DNA of 50,042 nucleotides from Nemertoderma westbladi (Eukaryota > Animalia > Xenacoelomorpha): the NCBI GenBank assembly GCA_032718475.1, contig JAUCBJ010008231.1, forward strand, positions 1 through 50,042, read 5' to 3'. The notes under the pieces are model-generated. The model saw nothing but the letters and a program-made list of their open reading frames with translations, did no database searches and had not been told where the DNA came from. Position numbers and translations under genes: made by a program. Shown one piece after another: positions 12,217-22,325 of this stretch (positions are counted from its first letter, which is position 1; every line of letters begins with the position of its first letter).

Positions 12217-13129
12217 TTTTGTGCGTATAGTAATTTAGTAGTTAGGCAGTTAGGTACCTTTTGTACTGTTAAAAACATTTCATAAATAGGTAGCTGTAAT
12301 AATTCATTTATTCTGTTTACATTCTAGTTGATTATTGACAATGTGGGCCCTTAGCCCTTGAAATATATTTATTTTATTATATTAAAACAGTAAATAAAAC
12401 TTAATTATTATTGATATTGCCTTACCATCCTCAATCGACTATTAACTAATTATAGTATTTATATTTACTTACATGTCTGAATTTGAGAATTTTGTTTAGA
12501 AGTAGCTGTTGATATGGACTTTTCAAAGTTGTTTATTATTTGTAGTTTCCTGTTTATGACTGCCGTTTACCGATCTTTACTAATAAATAAAGTGTTTTTT
12601 AGACTAATTTTCACGTTTCTCGCGCGCTATTTCATTCAAAATAATTTTACAAAACTCTAATGAATGTGTTGTAGACTCCAAGCGGCCACGCTGTGGTCAT
12701 CACTGCAGACGTCATCAACCTAATTCAAACAGATGCTACAAATTGTAATTTGGAATTTTGATTAGATCATTATATGTAATTAAATCCATCCTTCTGTCTG
12801 CAATGTCGCCAACCCCATTACAAGAATCCAGATGTCGCAGGCATAGTCATCAAAATTCAAATAATATAAATATTGAATGTAAATATAGATGTAAAGCAAC
12901 GTTATAGGTGAATTTGAAACACGTAGCCACCCAAAATTTCCTATCTCTTGGCTGTTACCTTTAAAGCGGGGAGAGTGCCGCAATATCTCCAAAGGCTGAA
13001 GACCCCATCATAACAAATCTACGACTGCAGAAATTTCACGCTGTTGTGTCCCTAGGCAAGTCAGTGCTTATGTACAATATAACCTGGCTTCTGCTAGGGG
13101 ATTAAAGAAAGGATCGGATAGTCACCAGC

Positions 13130-13948
13130 GGGAGTTAGTGAGGCGCCCTCCCAACCTTATAGGCAACAACCAAGAGAATGGAGCTTTAGTTCACCCGTGG
13201 GAGTTAGTGAGGCGCCCTCCCAGCCTTATAGGTAACAACCAAGAGAGTGGAGCTTTAGTTCACCCGTGGGAGTTAGTGAGGCGACCTCCCAGCCTTATAG
13301 GTAACAACCAAGAGAGTGGAGCTTTAGTTCACCCATGGGAGTTAGTGAGGCGACCTCCCAGCCTTATAGGTAACAACCAAGAGAGTGGAGCTTTAGTTCA
13401 CCCGTGGGAGTTAGTGAGGCGACCTCCCAGCCTTATAGGTAACAACCAAGAGAGTGGAGCTTTAGTTCACCCGTGGGAGTTAGTGAGGCGACCTCCCAGC
13501 CTTATAGGTAACAACCAAGAGAGTGGAGCTTTAGTTCACCCGTGGGAGTTAGTGAGGCGACCTCCCAGCCGTATAGGTAACAACCAAGAGAGTGGAGCTT
13601 TAGTTCACCCGTGGGAGTTAGTGATGCGACCTCCCAGCCTTATAGGTAACAACCAAGAGAGTGGAGCTTTAGTTCACCCGTGGGAGTTAGTGAGGCGACC
13701 TCCCAGCCGTATAGGTAACAACCAAGAGAGTGAAGCTTTAGTTCACCCGTGGGAGTTAGTGAGGCGACCTCCCAGCCGTATAGGTAACAACCAAGAGAGT
13801 GGAGCTTTAGTTCACCCGTGGGAGTTAGTGAGGCGACCTCCCAGCCTTATAGGTAACAACCAAGAGAGTGGAGCTTTAGTTCACCCGTGGGAGTTAGTGA
13901 GGCGACCTCCCAGCCTTATAGGTAACGACCAAGAGAGTGGAGCTTTAG
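13130..13948. repeat. 69-bp minisatellite, ~12 near-identical copies
   Basis: Unit gggagttagtgaggcgacctcccagccttataggtaacaaccaagagagtggagctttagttcacccgt. It produces the 23-aa periodicity of ORF 13138-14049. Confidence 0.95.
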
Positions 13949-14974
13949 GGCTGTCTCCGGTGTTTCGTTCATCGATCACGTTATCCAATCCTTTCTGTTC
14001 ATTCAATAGGGTTGGTGCGCTAAAAAATTGTTGGGCTGGAAACAATTGAATAAGGAAGGGGTAACAAGGTGCCCTGAATCGAGTGGCGGAGAGTGTTTTT
14101 TGTAAAAACACGTGGAAACTGTTTAAGTGACGGGTTAAATAAGCCCGGGAAGCCAATTTTTAAAATCGGCTCTGATTTGTTGCTACATATTTAACGTCAC
14201 TACAGGGTGATCTGATAACTTCTTATCTGGGTTTCTATGGATAGTGTTATTCGATCCATTCAAAATATTCTAATATTAAAAATGTGTACCGGTCACTGGT
14301 AAACTTCCTTCTTAATTAAGTAAAGCTGCAACTCAGATATATACTGAAATAGGCTGAATGCTAACATACCGGTCAGGCAATCTGCCGAGTTTGCAATTGT
14401 GAACATTTTTTTATCAATCTTCCTCGTCATGAATTTAATTATATATTTATATTAAGACTTATTATGTTTAGACGCGCAAGACTCTCCGCTTTCAACGGCA
14501 GCCACGTGTGAAATGATTGAGATTAAATGTGTATTTGAATGGTTCGAAAACCACTGTCCATGGAAAGGAAACCAATATATATTAAGTAATTATCATAGCA
14601 CTTTGTAGTAACAAAAAAAAACAAAAAAACACTCGATTCTGGGCATCCTGTTACCCCTTTTCAATTGTTTTTAGACCAACATTTTTTTCGCGCACCAATC
14701 CTATTCACTCTTAATAATAGATAAGGGTTTCCCGGTTTATGGACATGAAGATATTGGATTCATTTTATATCACATAACGCCGCAAGCAAATATAGCTTTA
14801 TACTTATATTAGCGGAATTAATTACTGTAATAATTCTGGAACATAATACAAATAAATATAAAGTTAGATGATTCTCAGAGATTGGGTTGGTAGAAAATTG
14901 TATTATATAATTAAAATAATAAAATAAAGGCGACGTGAGGGGTGAAGAGGTACGTTCTGTAGTGCCGCACCCTG

Positions 14975-15780
14975 GTGTCCCTAGCTGGGTTGGGAGTGTC
15001 CCTGGCTGGGTTGGGACAGTGTCCCTGGCTGGGATGGGACAGTGTCCCTAACTGGATGAGACAGTGTCCATAACCGGATGGGAAAGTGTCCCGAGCGGGG
15101 ATGGGACAGTGTTCCTGGCTGGGATGGGAAAGTGTCCCTAACTGGAGGGGACAGTGTTCCTGGCTATGGCTGGGATGGGACAGTGTCCCTAACTGGATGA
15201 GACAGTGTCCATAACCGGATGGGACAGTGTCCCTAGCGGGGATGGGAAAGTGTCCCTAACTGGATGGGACAGTGTTCCTAGCTGGGATGGGACAGTGTCC
15301 CTAACTGGATGAGACAGTGTCCATAACCGGATGGGACAGTGTCCCTAGCGGGGATGGGACAGTGTTCCTGGCTGGGATGGGACAGTGTCCCTAACTGGAT
15401 GGGACAGTGTTCCTGGCTGGGATGGGAAAGTGTCCCTAACTGGATGGGACAATGTTCCTGGCTGGGATGGGACAGTGTCCCTAACTGGATGAGACAGTGT
15501 CCATAACCAGATGGGACAGTGTCCCTAGCGGGGATGGGACAGTGTTCCTGGCTGGGATGGGACAGTGTCCCTAACTGGATGAGACAGTGTCCATAACCGG
15601 ATGGGACAGTGTCCCTAGCGGGGATGGGACAGTGTTCCTGATTGGGATGGGAAAGTGTCCCTAACTGGATGGGACAGTGTTCCTAGCTGGGATGGGACAG
15701 TGTCCCTAACTGGATGAGACAGTGTCCATAACGGATGGGACAGTGTCCCTAGCGGGGGTGGGACAGTGTTCCTGGCTGGG
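14975..15780. repeat. 22-23-bp minisatellite with palindromic core GGGACAGTGTCCC
   Basis: About 35 units such as ccctaactggatgagacagtgt, ccataaccggatgggacagtgt, ccctagcggggatgggacagtgt and tcctggctgggatgggacagtgt. Confidence 0.95.
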
Positions 15781-15887
15781 AACTACCTCAGCATGGAGCG
15801 GTACCCCACACTCTGCACCCCCCGCATATACATTATGTGCCCCGACTCGGATGATGTACTGCTCCTCAGCTGGGTCCGAGGTCGCAA

Positions 15888-17435
15888 TCAGGCCTCCGGG
15901 TTCCTCACTGCCTCTTCACCCCGACGCAAGTCCTCGGCTGCAGCTCGCTTCGCTCGTTGCGTTCGCTCCACCCTCGATAGATTGAGCCCGGTTCCTCGCA
16001 ACAAATCGATTATATAAAGTAGGACAGTTGCGATCAAAGTGATACAAACGCATGCGCAAAAGAACACCTCCAGCCACAAGTAGCCCTTCGCGTCAACTAT
16101 ATAGCCGGCGATAAGTGGAACCACGGCCAATCCAAGGTTCTGAAAGCTCTGCATGAACCCGTAAGCTGTTCCTAGTTGCGAGAATGGAACCACTAACGCA
16201 ACCATCGGCCACAGAGCGCACGCGACGAAGGAGTAAGAGATACCAAGAATCGACATAGCAACGTAGGGTGAGAGAAAAGTGAAGGCCAGTAAACAATGGG
16301 CGAGTAGGGCGGTGCCCACGCCCATAGTCACCCAGACGAGGTTCCGTCCGAGACGGTCTACGATGATACCGGTGAGTGGGGATGCGATCGTGGAGATTAG
16401 ATAGACGATGGAGTTTATAGCGGAGGCCGCGGCGGCGGTGAAGCCAAACTTCTCCATAAAGAAAATCTTGCCGAGTCCAATGAAGGGAAATACGGCGGAA
16501 TAATAAGCGATGCAGATAATCCATATGAGCCAGAGAGTCGCGGGAAAATCCTTAACGTCCTTAATGCTGATAACCTCGCTGCCCGTTACTTCTTCCCTCT
16601 TTAGGATCCGCGCCGCACGTTTATCGAAGTACCAGAGAATCAGAGCGCAACCTAATGAGAATATACAAAGAAAGGCACCGGTATATAAAGTTAATCCGAG
16701 TACTTTATGGCCACCTTCTACACCCATAGCTTCGGCGATTAGATTGTAAACCGGTCCATTCGTATTCATATTTATTGTGGATCCGATTCGACTGAAACTC
16801 AAACCGATTCCGAACACCAGGTTCAGTTCTTTCTCTTTGAACCAGATAACCTGGTAGGCGTTCTGGCAGACATAGAGGCACTCACCACCAATGCCGAATA
16901 CAAATCTGCCGACAATCATCACCAAGAAGTGGTCCACATAAGCGCCGGTGGCGTAGATTACCTGACCTGCGACGAGGAATAGACCGAAGAAAACGGCGCC
17001 GAAACGCATACCTAAAACTCGATCAATAAGGAAACCACCGAAGAAACAGAGAACTACATTCGGCCAGGAGTATAGTGAGTATAGGAGAACGTAGGAGGAG
17101 GTAGATACATTCATGTCCGCGGTTATTTGGTTGATGAGAGCAGCAGGGCTGTCGTAACAGTAATAGCTACCGAAATTGAGTAAACACATAAATATAAGCA
17201 CAATAAAACGGTGGACCATGTGATTGGGGTTGCACGCAGGTGATGCGCCACAGCCTGTCAACTCATCATCAATCTCACTCTCTTTATTAACATCGGGTTT
17301 TACCAATGGTTTCTCGTCCATCTTTTCGTGTAGGCCTACCGGCATAGAAAGCAGAATGTTTAATATTAATGCAGTAAAAGCAAGTCCCACTTTATATAAA
17401 GTAGCGTAGCAGCGTAGGCCTTGAGTAAAGGTCAT
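15888..17435 (-). CDS. MFSD1: MFSD1-like lysosomal major facilitator superfamily transporter, intronless coding region
   Basis: 515-aa ORF with about 12 TM segments and MFSD1-type motifs: HRFIVLIFMCLLNFGSYYCYDSPAAL, LLYSLYSWPNVVLCFFGGFLIDRVLGMR, GRFVFGIGGE, WFKEKELNLVFG, LGTAYGFMQSFQNLGLA. The true start is probably the ATG at 17345 or 17321, since MDEKPLV carries a dileucine-type motif. Confidence 0.93.
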   Translation of the reverse strand: MTFTQGLRCYATLYKVGLAFTALILNILLSMPVGLHEKMDEKPLVKPDVNKESEIDDELTGCGASPACNPNHMVHRFIVLIFMCLLNFGSYYCYDSPAALINQITADMNVSTSSYVLLYSLYSWPNVVLCFFGGFLIDRVLGMRFGAVFFGLFLVAGQVIYATGAYVDHFLVMIVGRFVFGIGGECLYVCQNAYQVIWFKEKELNLVFGIGLSFSRIGSTINMNTNGPVYNLIAEAMGVEGGHKVLGLTLYTGAFLCIFSLGCALILWYFDKRAARILKREEVTGSEVISIKDVKDFPATLWLIWIICIAYYSAVFPFIGLGKIFFMEKFGFTAAAASAINSIVYLISTIASPLTGIIVDRLGRNLVWVTMGVGTALLAHCLLAFTFLSPYVAMSILGISYSFVACALWPMVALVVPFSQLGTAYGFMQSFQNLGLAVVPLIAGYIVDAKGYLWLEVFFCACVCITLIATVLLYIIDLLRGTGLNLSRVERTQRAKRAAAEDLRRGEEAVRNPEA

Positions 17436-18018
17436 AACACAAATTTCTTAAATTTAATTACATGTGTTGAAAGATCACAATCACAAACGTAGAAAAGGTT
17501 TGCAAGTAATTTGAGCAAAATCATTCACACACTCAAAAGTTATTGGAAATTTAGTGTCTGCAAGGCGTACTCCAAAACGGTACTCAATATCCAATATCTC
17601 TAGTTACGTAATAAATATTCGTGAACTCTAAATTATTTTAACATTGAGTAAGGCAGCATCAGGAGTTTAAGAGTACAATAATTGGAATCGCAGTAACTTT
17701 GGAAGCACTGTAGTAAAATACTGCAGTTAAATTTATTTTGTAACTCTATATCGCTGTACGTTATCCAAAGTAGGCTTACCATACTGTATACGATGTACCA
17801 ATTTAACTTAAGAATAAACTTACGTATTACATTATATGAGAAAAAAGTAGAACATTTTGTTTCTCAATATTCTCTCAACCCGTTATTAACCTCGATGAAG
17901 CTCCGTAAATAAAATGCCTCGAGAATAGTGAAAAAAAGTTCTATTTTTTTTTCTAATGTAATAAATAATTATTATTTGTATAGAAATCATGAATGTTGTT
18001 CGTCTATTTCCTCTACAG

Positions 18019-18303
18019 GTATCTTTGGGTGTCTCTAAGCATGGCATCAAGGTCGTTTCCTCACACAGTCTCAAAGTAGTTCTCTACCGTTTCCCTTTAC
18101 ACAAACTCCTCCTTACCATCCACTGTCTCGACTTAGAGGCCGTCAACCATTTGGTTCTCTTCCTCTTCCAAGAGTTCCATTACGAGGATCCTCTGTCCCT
18201 CGTCTTCCGCTGTAATTCCGTGGATCAAGCCGAAGCCATCTGTTCCCGACTCGGGAATATATATCGGGAAGTCTGCTCCCAAGATGATGTGAACTACGAC
18301 TAA
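18019..18303 (+). CDS. ITGB1BP1: ICAP-1-like terminal coding exon (C-terminal part of PTB domain), 94 aa
   Basis: Acceptor tctatttcctctacag|GTA, phase 0. LGVSKHGIKVVS and VFRCNSVDQAEAICSRL match recalled ICAP-1 MGVSKYGIKVS and VYQCNSLEQAQAICKVL. An aataaa lies ~13 nt after the stop. Confidence 0.85.
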   Translation, partial: VSLGVSKHGIKVVSSHSLKVVLYRFPLHKLLLTIHCLDLEAVNHLVLFLFQEFHYEDPLSLVFRCNSVDQAEAICSRLGNIYREVCSQDDVNYD

Positions 18304-18832
18304 AGAATTCCTTTAATAAACACGATAACACGTTTCGGGAGCTTACTAATTACCACTCGGTATGGCTATCTAGTTTTGGAGGTTCAATTGACCCACCATT
18401 GCTTTTTCGCGATTTATAACAATTGTGCAATTAAGTTTCATTCAATTCATTTTCTTATTATATTTGTATATTTTTATTTAATTAAAATTATTCCATAATA
18501 TATTTACCATTATAATGCATCTCATTAAAGTTTTTTTTAATTTGGGCTCTAGGTAGTACTTTATCTCCCTTTTCCATAAATAATATATTTGTGATTTTGA
18601 GGTTTCGTTTGTTTAGCTTCTTGTTATCACCTAGTATATCGCTTTTAAAAACGTGCGATGTTAGTCACAGGTGTAAATTTCAGCTAAGCAGAAAACCTAA
18701 ATATATCCAACTAAGTATTAAATATTGGCAGCAATAAATATACGTAAATAAATTTAATATAAATATAATGACGTTCAATGACTTTGGAGACAGCATTCAC
18801 TCTAATCTATGTATGTAATATTATTGTAATTT

Positions 18833-21800
18833 TGGGTGTATGCAGCTGGATGATGGGGTACCTTCCTTTACTTTAAGAATACATGCAGTGGGTGTATGCA
18901 GCGGGGTGTGGTACCTTCCGTTACTGTAAGAAAACAGACAGTGGGTGTATGCAGCGGGGTGGGATACCCTTCTACCTTCCGTTACTATAAGAATACATGC
19001 AGTGGGTGTATGCAGCTGGATGATGGGGTACCTTCCTTTACTTTAAGAATACATGCAGTGGGTGTATGCAGCGGGGTGGGGTACCTTCCGTTGCTGTAAG
19101 AATACATGCTGTGGGTGTATGCAGCGGGGTGTGGTACCTTCCGTTACTGTAAGAATACAGACAGTGGGTGTATGCAGCGGGGTGGGGTACTTCCGTTACT
19201 GTGAGAACACATGTAGTGGGTGTATGCAGCGGTGTGTGGTACCTTCCGTTACTGTAAGAATACATGCAGTGGGTGTATGCAGCGGGGTGTGGTACCTTCC
19301 GTTACTGTAAGAATACAGAAAGTGGGTGTATGCAGCGGGGTGGGGTACCTTCCGTTACTGTAAGAATACATGCAGTGGGTGTATGCAGCGGGGTGTGGTA
19401 CCTTCCGTTACTGTAGCAATACATGCAGTGGGCATATGCAGCGGGGTGTGATACCTTCCATTACTGTAATAATACATACAGTGGGTGTATGCAGCGGGAT
19501 GGGTACCCTTCTACCTACCGTTACTGTAATAATACAGGCAGTGAGTGTTTGCAGCGGGGTGGGGTTCCTTCCATTACTGTAATAATACATACAGTGGGTG
19601 TATGCAGCGGGGTGTGGTACCTTCCGTTACTGTAAGAAAACATGCAGTGGGTGTATGCAGCCGTGTGGGGTACCCTCTACCTACCGTTACTATACGAATA
19701 CATGCAGTGGGTGTATGCAGCGGGGTGGGGTACCTTCCGTTACTGTAAGAATACATGCAGTGGGTGTATGCAGCGGGGTGGGGTTCCTTCCATTACTGTA
19801 ATAATACATACAGTGGGTGTATGCAGCGGGGTGTGGTACCTTCCGTTACTGTAAGAAAACATGCAGTGGGTGTATGCAGCCGTGTGGGGTACACTCTACC
19901 TACCGTTACTATACGAATACATGCAGTGGGTGTATGCAGCGGGGTGGGGTACCTTCCGTTACTGTAAGAATACATGCAGTGGGTGTATGCAGCGGGGTGG
20001 GGTACCTTCCGTTACTGTAAGAATACATGCAGTGGGTGTATGCAGCGGGGTGTGGTACTTTCCGTTACTGTAAGAATTCATGCAGTGGGTGTATGGAGCG
20101 GGATGGGGTACCTTCCGTTACTGTAAGAATACATGCAGTGGGTGTATGCAGCGGGATGGGTACCCTTCTACCTACCGTTACTGTAAGAATACAGGCAGTG
20201 GGTGTATGCAGCGGGATTGGGTACATTCCGTGACTGTAAGAATGCATGCAGTGGGTGTATGCAGCGGGGTGGGGTACCTTCCGTTACTGTAAGAATACAT
20301 GCAGTGGGTGTATGCAGCGGGATGGGTACCCTTCTACCTACCGTTACTGTAATAATACAGGCAGTGAGTGTTTGCAGCGGGCTGGGGTACCTTCCGTTAC
20401 TGTAAGAATACATGCAGTGGGTGTATGCAGCGGGGTGGGGTACCTTCCGTTACTGTAAGAATACATGCAGTGGGTGTATGCAGCGGGATGGGTACCCTTC
20501 TACCTACCGTTACTGTAAGAATACAGGCAGTGGGTGTATGCAGCGGGGTGGGGTACCTTCCGTGACTAAGAATGCAGGCAGTGGGTGTATGCAGCGGGGT
20601 GGGGTACCTTCCGTTACTGTAAGAATACATGCAGTGGGTGTATGCAGCGGGATGGATACCCTTCTACCTACCGTTACTGTAATAATACAGGCAGTGGGTG
20701 TTTGCAGCGGGGTGGGGTACCTTCCGTTACTGTAAGAATACATGCAGTGGGTGTATGCAGCGGGGTGGGGTACCTTCCGTTACTGTAAGAATACAAGCAG
20801 TGGGTGTATGCAGCGTGGTGGGGTACCTTCCATTACTGTAAGAATACATGCTGTGGGTGTAAGCAGCGGGGTGGGGTACCTTCCGTTACTGTATGAATAC
20901 AGGCAGTGGGTGTATGCAGCGGGGTGGGGTACCTTCCGTTACTGTAAGAATACATGCAGTGGGTGTATGCAGCGGGGTGGTGTACCTTCCGTTAGTGTAA
21001 GAATACATGCAGTGGGTGTATGCAGGGGGGTGGGTGCCTTCCGTTACTGTAAGAATACATGCAGCGGGTTGGGGTACCTTCCGTTACTGTAAGAATACAT
21101 GCAGTGGGTGTATGCAGCGGGTTGGGGTACCTTCCGTTACTGTAAGAATACAGGCAGTGGGTGTATGCAGTGGGGTGGGTGCCTTCCGTTACTGTAAGAA
21201 TACATGCAGTGGGTGTATGCAGTGGGGTGGGTGCCTTCCGTTACTGTAAGAATACATGCAGTGGGTGTATGCAGTGGGGTGGGTGCCTTCCGTTACTGTA
21301 AGAGTACATGCAGCGGGTTGGGGTACCTTCCGTTACTGTAAGAATACAGGCAGTGGGTGTATGCAGCGGGGTGGTGTACCTTCCGTTACTGTAAGAATAC
21401 ATGCAGTGGGTGTATGCAGCGGGGTGGGTACCTTCTACCTTCCGTTACTGTAAGAATACATGCAGTGGGTGTATGCAGCGGGGTGGGTACCTTCTACCTA
21501 CCGTTACTGTAATAATACATGCAGTGGGTGTATGCAGTGGGGTGGGTGCCTTCCGTTACTGTAAGAATACATGCAGCGGGTTGGGGTACCTTCCGTTACT
21601 GTAAGAATACATGCAGTGGGTGTATGCAGTGGGGTGGGTGCCTTCCGTTACTGTAAGAATACATGCAGTGGGTGTATGCAGTGGGGTAGGTGCCTTCCGT
21701 TACTGTAAGAATACATGCAGCGGGTTGGGGTACCTTCCGTTACTGTAAGAATACAGGCAGTGGGTGTATGCAGCGGGGTGGTGTACCTTCCGTTACTGTA

Positions 21801-22325
21801 AGAATACAGGCAGTGGGTGTATGCAGCGGGGTGGTGTACCTTCCGTTACTGTAAGAATACATGCAGTGGGTGTATGCAGTAGGGTGGGGTACCTACCGTT
21901 ACTGTAAGACTACATGCAGTGGGTGTATGCAGTGGGGTGGGTGCCTTCCGTTACTGTAAGAATACATGCAGCGGGTTGGGGTACCTTCCGTTACAGTAAG
22001 AATACAGGCAGTGGGTGTATGCAGCGGGGTGGTGTACCTTCCGTTACTGTAAGAATACAGGCAGTGGGTGTATGCAGCGGGGTGGTGTACCTTCCGTTAC
22101 TGTAAGAATACATGCAGTGGGTGTATGCAGTAGGGTGGGGTACCTACCGTTACTGTAAGAATACATGCAGTGGGTGTATGCAGTGGGGTGGGTGCCTTCC
22201 GTTACTGTAAGAATACATGCAGTGGGTGTATGCAGTGGGGTGGGGTACCTTCCGTTACTGTAAGAATACATGCAGTGGGTGTATGCAGCGGGGTGGGTAC
22301 CTTCTACCTCCCGTTACTGCAAGAA
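18833..22325. repeat. 53-bp G-rich minisatellite, ~65 copies
   Basis: Unit gcagtgggtgtatgcagcggggtggggtaccttccgttactgtaagaatacat, with 60-bp insertion variants and ~40-bp deletion variants. Confidence 0.97.

Noticed and set aside
13138-14049. 303-aa repeat-protein ORF
   Set aside because: It is the translation of a 69-bp tandem repeat, starts at GTG, and has no unique domain.
15722-17409. Short ORFs overlapping MFSD1 in other frames or on the other strand
   Set aside because: They are shadow ORFs of a GC-richer coding region.
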